Shown: piece after piece, positions 1 through 8,653 of the stretch
How the letters are laid out: every line of letters starts with the position of its first letter
Position numbering within the stretch: position 1 is the first letter of the stretch
NCBI GenBank assembly: GCA_028712885.1
Contig: JAQTPK010000001.1
Coordinates: 109,721 to 173,720 of the forward strand
Reading direction: 5' to 3'
Source of the DNA: Syntrophales bacterium
GTDB lineage: Bacteria > Desulfobacterota > Syntrophia > Syntrophales > UBA4778
Length of the DNA: 64,000 bases
Made by a program: the position numbers and the translations under genes
The notes under the pieces: generated by a model
Seen by the model: only the letters and a program-made list of their open reading frames with translations
Told to the model about the DNA's origin: nothing
Databases searched by the model: none

Positions 1-87
1 TTCCTGGCTTTCCCCCATGCGGAAGCACAATTTCATTGACATGCCCTTCAGGAGCATGTCCGAGATCGATTGTCCGTTCGTTTTCAT
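1..87 (-). CDS. Probable 5' end of the next gene of the glycan operon (truncated by the window edge), product unknown
   Basis: ATG at 87 just downstream of the hisF-like stop; frame stays open to the edge (MKTNGQSISDMLLKGMSMKLCFRMGESQE). Confidence 0.35.
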   Translation of the reverse strand, partial: MKTNGQSISDMLLKGMSMKLCFRMGESQE

Positions 88-94
88 TCCAGGC

Positions 95-877
95 TCACGT
101 TTGAATCCTGATCGGTATCCCTGCATTCCTGATCTGCGATCTTGTCTGCATCGGGTTCTCGTCCTTGAAGCAGAAATACGTTCCCGCAGAAACGGCGTCC
201 GCCTTTCCGGTCAAAAAGCCCTCTGAAAAGTGACAGGCCAGGCCGCATCCTCCCGAGGTGATGACGGGGATGGTGACCGCGTCCGCCACCCTACGCGTTG
301 TCTCCAGGTCCAGACCCTCCCGGGTGCCGTCCCGGTCGATGGAGGTGAGGAGTATCTCCCCTGCGCCCAGCCGCTCCGCTTTTTCCGCCCACTCGGCGGG
401 ATCGAGTCCCGTCCCGGTCCTGCCCCCCCTGATCCATACCTTTTCCCGTCCATCAGCGTCCTGGCGGTAATCGATCGCGACTACGACGCACTGGGCGCCG
501 AACGCCTCGTAGGCGCGGGTGATCAGCTCCGGGTTTTCCACGGCCGCGGTATTGATCGACACCTTGTCCGCCCCGTTTTCCAGGAGCATTCGGAAATGGT
601 CCAGCGTCTTCACGCCGCCGCCCGCCGTGAGCGGCATGAAAAGCTCCTCCGCCGCCCGCCGGATGTAATCGGTCACCGGCTCCCTGTTTTCGACGGAAGC
701 ATCCAGGTCTAAAAAAACAAGCTCGTCAGCGGCCTGTGCCTGGTATATTTTCGCCTGCGAAACGGGATCGCCGATTTCCATTACTTCATCGAACCGGACG
801 GTGGTGACGAGCACCATGCGGTTTCCGAAGCGGCTCTTCTTCATCTGGAGCTTGGGGATAAGCCTTTTCTTCAGCAT
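95..877 (-). CDS. hisF: HisF-like cyclase subunit, glycan-amidation-associated paralog (WbuZ/HisF2 type)
   Basis: MLKKRLIP, ADELVFLD, GADKVSINT, GAGEILLTSIDRDGT motifs; sits in a sugar operon next to HisH and an amidotransferase. Confidence 0.88.
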   Translation of the reverse strand: MLKKRLIPKLQMKKSRFGNRMVLVTTVRFDEVMEIGDPVSQAKIYQAQAADELVFLDLDASVENREPVTDYIRRAAEELFMPLTAGGGVKTLDHFRMLLENGADKVSINTAAVENPELITRAYEAFGAQCVVVAIDYRQDADGREKVWIRGGRTGTGLDPAEWAEKAERLGAGEILLTSIDRDGTREGLDLETTRRVADAVTIPVITSGGCGLACHFSEGFLTGKADAVSAGTYFCFKDENPMQTRSQIRNAGIPIRIQT

Positions 878-1494
878 TGCCCTCCCTGCCGCACGAAATT
901 TTCAAGAATCCTCAGCCCCTGGTCCTGGCTCTTTTCCGGATGGAACTGCGTGCCGAAAATATTCCCTTTTCGGACCGCCGCCGTTACTGTCCCCCCGTAA
1001 TCGCAGGTGGCCGCGAGATCTCCGCTGTTTCTGCATTGGACGTGGTACGAGTGGACAAAATAAAAAACAGGATCGGCCGGAAGGTCCGCGAATAACGGAT
1101 TGTTACCCTCGAACGTCACGTCGTTCCAGCCGATGTGAGGCACCCTGTATTCCCGGCCCGCCGGCCTGATCCGGACGACGTCGGCGTCCAGCCAGCCGAG
1201 CCCTTCATGTTCGCCGCCTTCGAAACTTCTTTTCGCCATAGCCTGCATGCCGAGGCAGATGCCCAGGATCGGTATGCCGGAGCCGATCACCATCTCATCC
1301 AATGCCGCCACAAAATTCCTGTGCCGGAGATTCCTCATGCAGTCGCCGAACGCGCCCACTCCCGGCAGGACCAGGAGGTCCGCGCCGGCGAGCTCTCCGG
1401 GTTCGCGGCAGACCTTCGCCTCGGCCCCGATGTATTCGAAGGCGTTCCGGACCGACATCAGGTTTCCCATCCCGTGATCGACGATTCCGATCAT
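871..1494 (-). CDS. hisH: HisH-like class I glutamine amidotransferase (glycan-associated paralog)
   Basis: PGVGAF, GICLGMQ, YFVHSY, QFHPEKS motifs; ATG 1494 overlaps the upstream stop (ATGA). Confidence 0.9.
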   Translation of the reverse strand: MIGIVDHGMGNLMSVRNAFEYIGAEAKVCREPGELAGADLLVLPGVGAFGDCMRNLRHRNFVAALDEMVIGSGIPILGICLGMQAMAKRSFEGGEHEGLGWLDADVVRIRPAGREYRVPHIGWNDVTFEGNNPLFADLPADPVFYFVHSYHVQCRNSGDLAATCDYGGTVTAAVRKGNIFGTQFHPEKSQDQGLRILENFVRQGGQC

Positions 1495-3788
1495 GCACCC
1501 GCCGCCAATTTTTTGTCGACGCGATTCCGCCGCCGCCACCTCTCGAGCTGCTGCAATGTCTCATTCCTGGGCATTTTCCCGTACTTAGGCCATTGGAGGA
1601 AATCGTGCGTTTTCGTCCCCTCTTTTACGGTGCATGGATCATGCCGGTAGGGGGAAACGCCGTGGCTCATCGAGACCTCCAGAAATTCCTCCTCCGTCAG
1701 TCCCAGGTGCTCCAGGAACAGGTCGAGGCTGGGCGGCCGTTTCCCCTCGTACTGCTCGACCAGGGCCATCGCCTCCGGCCGGGTGAGCCGGCCGTTCCTG
1801 ATATCAATAGAGGCGAGATGGGCCGGCCTGGTATAGCCGCGCTTGATGTATTTGATGTAGTCGCGGACGCCCTGGAGATAGCATTCGATTTTCTCGTAGC
1901 TGTATCCGGGCGGCACGTTCTCGACCTCGTCGCCGGTCCAGCCGAGGTCGTCCTCGATGATTTTAGACTGGCGCTTGACATCCCAGGGGATGTACGACCC
2001 CATGCAGACCGAACGGCAGTTTATTTTTCTCAGCTCTTTAAGAGGAGGATAGCTGAACGGCTGGAGATCGCGCGGGTCCACCTGTCCCTCCAGCCGCACC
2101 AGCATGTCCTCGGCCGTGATCCCCAGGTTGATGTACCGGTTGAACCTCTTCTCATCGACTTCCTCCTCCTGGCCGTAGCAGTAGTAAGCGGTGTATTCGG
2201 CGGACGGCTCCCCCCAGATCACAAGGGGGATCTGGAAACGGATGGCCGCCCACATGGGATAGGCGAAGATGCCCGTATGGCAATGCCAGCAGAAATCCCC
2301 CTTTTCCAGGAAGCTCTGCAGCATGAGCTTCTGGACGATTTTCCAGTTCGGGGTGAAGCTGTGCAGGTCGGCGCCCAGCAACCGCAGCGTCCTGCGGGAA
2401 TTTTCCAGCAGGTTGGGCCGCAGGAAGCCGTGGTCGAATCGCACGACGAGCGGCCGCAGGCCGTATTCCCGGACCAGGTAATAAAGGGTCCACGTGCTGT
2501 CCTTCCCGCCGCTGAACGGGACGATGCAGTCGTAATCGCCCCGGCCCCGGCAGGACGCAATAAGGGCGTCGAATTCCTCCTTTTTCTTCGACCAATCGAT
2601 TGAGGCCTTTACTTCCTGCTGCAGACAGATGTTGCATACCCCTTTCCGGTCGAAGGTGATCGTCTCGTGGGTTTCGGGAATGACGCAGTTGGTGCATCGC
2701 CTGAGAGTACTCATTTCTCGCTTCTCCTCCGGACTTTTTGCGGATACAAGGGGCCAGGCAAGGGGGGTGCCCCTCGGAATGTCCTCTGCCGCCATGCACC
2801 CGATGATTTCGTTAAAATGCTTCGGCGGGAGGCCGTATCCCGGACGGATCGACCTCACGTTCTCTCCGGTGAAAATTTCTCCTTTCGCCATGTCCTTGAC
2901 AACGAAAAGAGAGCGCCGGAAAACGAGGCTCTTCGCCTCCTGTTTTCCAGCTCCGTAGCGGACTTCCCCCAGGGCTTTTTCGACGTTCCTGACCGCTTCC
3001 GTCATGCTTCTGAATTCGTGCGGTTCCAGCGAGAAGGCGCTGTCCGGGCCGGATGCGCTGCGCGAAAGCGTAAAGTGCTTTTCGACGATGCAGGCGCCCA
3101 GGGCCACGGCGGCCACGGAGGCCTCGATCCCCGGCGTATGGTCGGAAAGTCCCACCGGCAGCCGGAATCTCCGCTCCATGTCGGCGATCGTCAGGAGGTT
3201 CATTTCCTCGGGAGGGGCGGGATAAGCGCTCGTGCATTTCAGGAGGGCGATTCCTCCGCCGCGGGCCGTCCGGACCGTCTCGACCGCTTCCTCGATCTCC
3301 GCCGCCGAGGACATGCCCGTGGAAATTATCACCGGCTTTCCGGTCGCGGCGATCTTTTCCAGGAGGGGAATATCGGTTATTTCGAAGGACGCGACCTTGT
3401 GCGCGGGGACGCCGAGCCGCTCGAGGAAATCGACCGCGGTGAAATCGAAAGAAGTAGCAAAGAAATCCAGCCCCGCGTCCTGCGCCGCCTGCTTCAGCTG
3501 CGCATGCCATTCCCAGGGGGTGAACGCCTCTCCGTAAAGCTCATAAAGGGTCCGGCCGTCCCAGAGAGTGCCCCTGATCCGGAAATGCTCGTTGCCGCAG
3601 TCGATCGTCAGGGTATCGGGCGTGTACGTCTGGATTTTTACCGCGTCCGCGCCCGCAGCCTTAGCGGCGTAAATGATCTTTTCCGCTTCGGCCAGGCTGC
3701 CCTTATGGTTGGCGGACATCTCAGCGACGATGTAAACGGGAAATCCCCGCCCGATTTTCCTCTTCCCGATCACAATCGAATCAGCCAT
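1491..3788 (-). CDS. pseI: Fusion: pseudaminic acid synthase (PseI/NeuB + SAF domain) and N-acetyl-sugar amidotransferase (PseA/WbpG-like)
   Basis: N-half: IVAEMSANH, KIQTYT, GLSDHT, IVEKHFT, RRSL..IRPG; C-half: CTNC, CNIC, PP-loop SGGKDS, CWHC; one continuous 765-aa ORF. Confidence 0.88.
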   Translation of the reverse strand: MADSIVIGKRKIGRGFPVYIVAEMSANHKGSLAEAEKIIYAAKAAGADAVKIQTYTPDTLTIDCGNEHFRIRGTLWDGRTLYELYGEAFTPWEWHAQLKQAAQDAGLDFFATSFDFTAVDFLERLGVPAHKVASFEITDIPLLEKIAATGKPVIISTGMSSAAEIEEAVETVRTARGGGIALLKCTSAYPAPPEEMNLLTIADMERRFRLPVGLSDHTPGIEASVAAVALGACIVEKHFTLSRSASGPDSAFSLEPHEFRSMTEAVRNVEKALGEVRYGAGKQEAKSLVFRRSLFVVKDMAKGEIFTGENVRSIRPGYGLPPKHFNEIIGCMAAEDIPRGTPLAWPLVSAKSPEEKREMSTLRRCTNCVIPETHETITFDRKGVCNICLQQEVKASIDWSKKKEEFDALIASCRGRGDYDCIVPFSGGKDSTWTLYYLVREYGLRPLVVRFDHGFLRPNLLENSRRTLRLLGADLHSFTPNWKIVQKLMLQSFLEKGDFCWHCHTGIFAYPMWAAIRFQIPLVIWGEPSAEYTAYYCYGQEEEVDEKRFNRYINLGITAEDMLVRLEGQVDPRDLQPFSYPPLKELRKINCRSVCMGSYIPWDVKRQSKIIEDDLGWTGDEVENVPPGYSYEKIECYLQGVRDYIKYIKRGYTRPAHLASIDIRNGRLTRPEAMALVEQYEGKRPPSLDLFLEHLGLTEEEFLEVSMSHGVSPYRHDPCTVKEGTKTHDFLQWPKYGKMPRNETLQQLERWRRRNRVDKKLAAGA

Positions 3789-4545
3789 GGTGCGTCTCTT
3801 CCTCCAGGATGAGCCGGAGGTAAATCTTTTTGCCGCCCCGCCGGAAATATGCTCCTGCGTGAGGAGGATAAGTCCTCGCCCGGATCAGGTTAATCAGATC
3901 GCTTCCTTTGTATGTCTTTTCCGGATCGATCTCGTCCGTTTTCCGGAGATCGCTCAGGCGGTGAAAAGTGCCTTCGCCGGGACGCTGCGGTAGGCGCGGC
4001 GCTTCGCCCTTCCGGATGGCAGGCCAGGATTCCTCGAAGAGCCGGAGGCATTCCCGTTCGAGCTTCGCGTATAAGCTTCCGCCTGTGTCCGCCGGGTCCA
4101 CTTCGACCTTCCGCTGCGCGATAATGTCGCCGCTGTCGATCCCGTCATCGATATAATGGATCGTAACCCCGGCCGGCGTCCCGTCCAGCATGCACCAGAC
4201 GTTGGGATGCGCTCCCCGGTTGAACGGAAGGTAGGCGGGATGGATATTGATGCAGCCGTATCTCATGATGGAGATCAGATCGGGGCGCAGCACGTAGCCG
4301 AAAAACGCCGATACGCCGATATCGGGCTTCAGCTCCCGGATCGAGTTGATCGCCTGCTCCGTCCTGAGCTGCGAGCCGTCAAAGATCCGTCCGGGGGGAA
4401 GCCCGGAGGCCCGGGTAATCTCGTCGCCGAATTTGCTCCTTCCGGGGGGATGGACCGCCATCGCGCAGATTTCCTCGCCCTGTCCGAGGAGATATTCCAG
4501 TATCCGGAGTCCCGTCAGGTTATTGCCCAGGAAAAATATGCGCAT
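3781..4545 (-). CDS. Sugar N-formyltransferase (Fmt-like)
   Basis: INIHPAYLPFNRG, GVTIHYIDDGIDSGDII formyltransferase motifs; inside the sugar operon. Confidence 0.85.
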   Translation of the reverse strand: MRIFFLGNNLTGLRILEYLLGQGEEICAMAVHPPGRSKFGDEITRASGLPPGRIFDGSQLRTEQAINSIRELKPDIGVSAFFGYVLRPDLISIMRYGCINIHPAYLPFNRGAHPNVWCMLDGTPAGVTIHYIDDGIDSGDIIAQRKVEVDPADTGGSLYAKLERECLRLFEESWPAIRKGEAPRLPQRPGEGTFHRLSDLRKTDEIDPEKTYKGSDLINLIRARTYPPHAGAYFRRGGKKIYLRLILEEETHHG

Positions 4546-4554
4546 GGTAATTCC

Positions 4555-5577
4555 TCAGTTCAGAAGCCGCTCCGCCGCCCTTGCCGCTCCACGCCCGTCC
4601 ACCGTTTCCCGCCCGAGCCGGCTCATGCGTGTTCTGGATTCGCGGCTGCAGGCCAGTTCTTTAATGATGCGGGACATGTTTTCTTCCCGGATGCCTGCTT
4701 CGCAGCCAAGATTGATCGCCGCGCCGATCCGGTCCAGGCAGTCGGCTATCCTTTCCTGGTTATCCGCCAGCACGATCAGAACCGAAGGCAGTCCCATGAA
4801 GGCGGCTTCCCAGCAGGTGCTTCCTCCCGCAGTGACGGCGATGTCCGCCCAGGCCAGCAGAGAAGGCATGTCTTCGGTATATCCGTGGATCTGAAACTCC
4901 TTTTTCCCGGCGATTTCCTTTTCCACGCTGGAGCGGTCCGGGTGGACCGGGCCGATCAGGATCCTTACGTACGGGTTATCCATATCCGAAAGCGCGCGGA
5001 CAGCCTTGACGTAGGCTCCACCCGCGTTTCCTCCTCCAAGGGTGATAAGGACCTTCCGCGCGGTTTCCGGTATTTCCCTTTCCCAGCTCGACCAGGAAGA
5101 GAAGACCGGCCGCAGGAGGGCATATTCGGTCCCCAGCAGCAGCTGCGCGGAGGGCGCCCTGGCGCGGTACAACTCCTCAGAGGCGTAACAATTTTGGTTC
5201 AGGATGATATCAGCCGCGTAATGGTCAAGATGTCCATAATCGTCTATGACCGCGAGCCGGACGCCCGCGCTGCGGATTCTTTCCTGGAAACCGGAACCGA
5301 AATGGTATCCGTCGAGAACGGCGCAGGATACATTCCTGCACAGCTCAGCCGTCGCCGCGGCGTCTTCCCCGCTCCCGGGCGCGGTCTCGGCCCGGATCAG
5401 CCTGATACCCGCCTGCCGCATGCTTTCCGCCATGAATTCGCAGCCCGTTCCGAAGAAAATTGCGTCGCCTCCCCGCTCTCGCCAGGCATATCCGAGCGCG
5501 AAGCATCGGGTCACATGTCCGATCCCGATCTCCGGGCCCGCATCGGTGCGTATGAGGAGGCTTTTTTTCATGCTCAT
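4555..5577 (-). CDS. pseG: UDP-2,4-diacylamido-2,4,6-trideoxy-altropyranose hydrolase (PseG/SpsG)
   Basis: IRTDAGPEIGIGHVTRC, LDGY, IDD, ADIAVTAGGSTCWE, ADNQ motifs. Confidence 0.85.
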   Translation of the reverse strand: MSMKKSLLIRTDAGPEIGIGHVTRCFALGYAWRERGGDAIFFGTGCEFMAESMRQAGIRLIRAETAPGSGEDAAATAELCRNVSCAVLDGYHFGSGFQERIRSAGVRLAVIDDYGHLDHYAADIILNQNCYASEELYRARAPSAQLLLGTEYALLRPVFSSWSSWEREIPETARKVLITLGGGNAGGAYVKAVRALSDMDNPYVRILIGPVHPDRSSVEKEIAGKKEFQIHGYTEDMPSLLAWADIAVTAGGSTCWEAAFMGLPSVLIVLADNQERIADCLDRIGAAINLGCEAGIREENMSRIIKELACSRESRTRMSRLGRETVDGRGAARAAERLLN

Positions 5578-7649
5578 ACTTTGCGAAATACCGGCTGAAC
5601 CGGTTTCCCTTCGATCAGTGAAAGGACCATTCCTGTCCTGACCGCCTCCGCCGCTGTTTCCATCACCGTCCGGTAGACCCTCAGCGTATAATTGATATCG
5701 TCATCCGTGTGGCTGAAGCTCACGTTATGGATCCCGGTGAACAGAATCCCCCGCTTCAGGCATTCCTGCTGAAACAGGCTTTTCAGCGCGAGGTCATCGG
5801 AGCCGTCGCCGGACGGGAAACGGACGACCGTGCGGGGAGGATAGCCGTCGCAGGAGGCCAGTCCCGACATGCCGTATTCCCGCGCGATTACGTTGAATCC
5901 GTCCTGCAGCTTCCGCCCCTGCTCCCACAGGAAAGCTATCACGTTTCTGCGCTGCATTTCGCCGATGGTCGCAAAGGCCGCGGCCAGAGACGCGGCTTCT
6001 CCTCCGAAGGTGAAAGAGAAAAATACCTCGTCGAGCATTTCCATGACGTCTCTTCTTCCCACGAGGGCGGATAGCGGGTAGCCGTTGGCCAGCGCCTTGC
6101 CGAAGCAGGCGAGGTCCGGCTTGACACCGAAGAATTCCTGGGCGCCGCCGAGCGCCAGCCGGAATCCGGTGATGACCTCGTCGAAGATGAGAAGGGCGCC
6201 TTCCCGGCGGCACAGCTCCGCGACCTTCTGCAGGAAGCCGTCGGACGGTTTGGTTGCACCCGCAGGCTCCATGATCACGGCCGCCACCTTGCCGGACTGC
6301 CGCGTGAAAACCTCCTCGAGGGACTCGATCCTGTTGTAAGCGAAGGGGATGGTCAGCTTGCAGGTGGATTCCGGCACGCCCCGGTTCCTGGTAGTGGTTC
6401 CGATGTACCAGTCCTGCCAGCCGTGATATCCGCAGCAGGCGACGACATCACGTCCCGTCCAGGCACGCGCCAGGCGCACCGCCCCGGCCGTTACATCCGA
6501 GCCGTTCTTGCCGTAGCGGACCATTTCGGCGCAGGGGATCACCGCTGCGATAAGCTCGGCCAGCTCCAGCTCGAGTTCGTGGGGGAGGGAGTAGGCGGTT
6601 CCCCGCCGGATCTGCCGCGCCACGGCCTTAGTGACCGGTCCGTAGTCGTGGCCGAGGATGACCGGACCCAGCGCCATCGGGTAATCGATATATTCGTTGC
6701 CGTCCACGTCCCAGACGCGGCTTCCCTTCGCCCGGGAAACGAATGCCGGGGCCGCTCCCTGCACGAACTGAGTCGGCCCCTTGCTGAAGGTCTGGGTGCA
6801 GGAAGGGATAAGCGCTTCCGCTCTGGATAACATTTTCCGGGATTTGGCCAGCTTGAGCCGGCGGGGAGAGACCTTTTCCTCTTCTATCAGGGATCTGTAA
6901 TATCCCTCGTTCCGCACCGTTTTCGCTCCCGAGCCGGCGAGCCGGGATTCTTTATCCAACAGTCTGATCACATCCCACATTCCGAACGGCTTTCGGTTCC
7001 CGCCGAGCCTTTTGAATATGGATCGGACGAATTCCAGATCGGCGGGTTCATCCACGGTCCACCGCATGTCTCGTTGAGACAGATCGGTTTCGCACTCCAC
7101 ACCGGCCACCCGAAACCTGCCCGACTCCCGGATGTAAGGGGTTACATGCTCCCTTTCCGCTTTTTTCCGGGCGGAACGCCATGTCTCTGCAAGGGCTTCC
7201 CGTGAAAATACTTCCGTGTCGAGCCCGTCCGGGTAGGTGTAACGAATGCGGTTTGAGGCGTAATCGCAGCCGCCCTGGAGATAAGCGGCGATCACCCGGT
7301 CGATTACGGTCGGATCGATCAGCGGGCAGTCGGCGGTTATGCGGACGATAACGTCGGCGCCGAAGCGGTCCGCCGCGCGGTAATAACGGTCGAGCACGTC
7401 GTCCTCGTTTCCGCGGAAACACGGAATGTCAATGGAGCGGCAGTAAGCCTCGACAGGATCGTCGGACGCTCCTTCCGATGTCGCGACTACCGTCAGGGAA
7501 GCGAGGCGCGATGCCCTCACCCGATCGATAACCCGGCCCAGCATGGGCACGCCCTCGATTTCCTGAAGGACTTTGCCGGGGAGGCGCCGGGAATTCATCC
7601 TCGCCTGTATGATGGAGACTATTTTTCTGTTCTTTTCTTCCTTCTTCAT
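5574..7649 (-). CDS. Fusion: SpsF/PseF-type cytidylyltransferase and class-III (glutamate-1-semialdehyde-aminomutase-like) PLP aminotransferase
   Basis: N-term IIQARMNSRRLPGKVL, RITADCPLIDP, REHVTPY; C-term DVDGNEYID, YHGWQDW, IFDEVITGFR, CFGKALANG. Confidence 0.87.
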   Translation of the reverse strand: MKKEEKNRKIVSIIQARMNSRRLPGKVLQEIEGVPMLGRVIDRVRASRLASLTVVATSEGASDDPVEAYCRSIDIPCFRGNEDDVLDRYYRAADRFGADVIVRITADCPLIDPTVIDRVIAAYLQGGCDYASNRIRYTYPDGLDTEVFSREALAETWRSARKKAEREHVTPYIRESGRFRVAGVECETDLSQRDMRWTVDEPADLEFVRSIFKRLGGNRKPFGMWDVIRLLDKESRLAGSGAKTVRNEGYYRSLIEEEKVSPRRLKLAKSRKMLSRAEALIPSCTQTFSKGPTQFVQGAAPAFVSRAKGSRVWDVDGNEYIDYPMALGPVILGHDYGPVTKAVARQIRRGTAYSLPHELELELAELIAAVIPCAEMVRYGKNGSDVTAGAVRLARAWTGRDVVACCGYHGWQDWYIGTTTRNRGVPESTCKLTIPFAYNRIESLEEVFTRQSGKVAAVIMEPAGATKPSDGFLQKVAELCRREGALLIFDEVITGFRLALGGAQEFFGVKPDLACFGKALANGYPLSALVGRRDVMEMLDEVFFSFTFGGEAASLAAAFATIGEMQRRNVIAFLWEQGRKLQDGFNVIAREYGMSGLASCDGYPPRTVVRFPSGDGSDDLALKSLFQQECLKRGILFTGIHNVSFSHTDDDINYTLRVYRTVMETAAEAVRTGMVLSLIEGKPVQPVFRKV

Positions 7650-8653
7650 TGCCGGATCCTTATGAATGATTCCGCTGCCGAGGAATTCCCCGCGGCGGCC
7701 GCTATCGCAAGATCGCGGAAGGCGCCGAAGACATCGAGTTCGGGCTTTTCCGTCCTTTCCAGGCAGCGCAGGAAATGCCTCATTTCGTCCAGGTACATGT
7801 CATTGGCCTGCCAGCCGGACGGATTCCGGAAAACTTTCCACTTCTTCGCGCCCGCCCTGAACCAGCGCACCTCTCTCTGCGCGTAATCCCAGAGGATCGT
7901 CCCCTCTTCCCCGATTATCTGGCACGTCCTCCGGTAAGCGCGCTGAACATAGTCAAGGTGAATTTCGCCGAACGCGCCGGAGTCGAACCGGAGAAGGAGC
8001 GCGGCTGTGTCTTCTGTTTCTATTTTGAGGCGGCTCAGCTTTCCGGCCAGACAGGCCACGAGGGTGACCTCCCCCATCAGCCAGCGCGCGTAGTCGATCT
8101 CGTGAATGGCATCGAGGATCACGCCGCCACCGAGATCCCGCCGGGCGCTGTAATTCGCCGTATAGTCCTCACCCGGATGCCAGTCGGGAAGATACTGTCC
8201 GAATTCCGCTCGGAGGGAGAGCGGTTTGCCGATTGCGTCGTCTTCCAGAAGGGACTTGATCCGGAGCAAGCCGGGATGGAACCGGAGATTGCACCCCACC
8301 AGCGTGACCAGGTCTTTCCGGCGCACTTTTTCGAGCAGTTGCTCCAGGCCGTTCAACCCGTCCGCCAGCGGCTTTTCTATAAAAAGATGACAGCCCTGTT
8401 CCGCCGCGTGCAGAGCCAAAGCGAGGTGCAGGCTCGTCGGCGCCGTGATCAAGGCGGCTTCCGGAGCGCTTCGCCACGCCCGGTTCATATCCGTAACGGC
8501 CTCGACGCCATGTTCCGAGGATATTCTTGCCGCGCGGTCCTGCCGGACATCGCAGGCAAGGAGTTCTTTTACTCCCAGAGATTTCAAGTTGCGTATATGA
8601 CGGCTTCCGATGGAGCCGCAGCCTATGACCAGAATTTTCATTTTTTCCAGCAT
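7646..8653 (-). CDS. Gfo/Idh/MocA-family NAD(P)-dependent oxidoreductase
   Basis: IGCGSIG Rossmann motif, FIEKP, GGGVILDAIHEID. Confidence 0.88.
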   Translation of the reverse strand: MLEKMKILVIGCGSIGSRHIRNLKSLGVKELLACDVRQDRAARISSEHGVEAVTDMNRAWRSAPEAALITAPTSLHLALALHAAEQGCHLFIEKPLADGLNGLEQLLEKVRRKDLVTLVGCNLRFHPGLLRIKSLLEDDAIGKPLSLRAEFGQYLPDWHPGEDYTANYSARRDLGGGVILDAIHEIDYARWLMGEVTLVACLAGKLSRLKIETEDTAALLLRFDSGAFGEIHLDYVQRAYRRTCQIIGEEGTILWDYAQREVRWFRAGAKKWKVFRNPSGWQANDMYLDEMRHFLRCLERTEKPELDVFGAFRDLAIAAAAGNSSAAESFIRIRQ

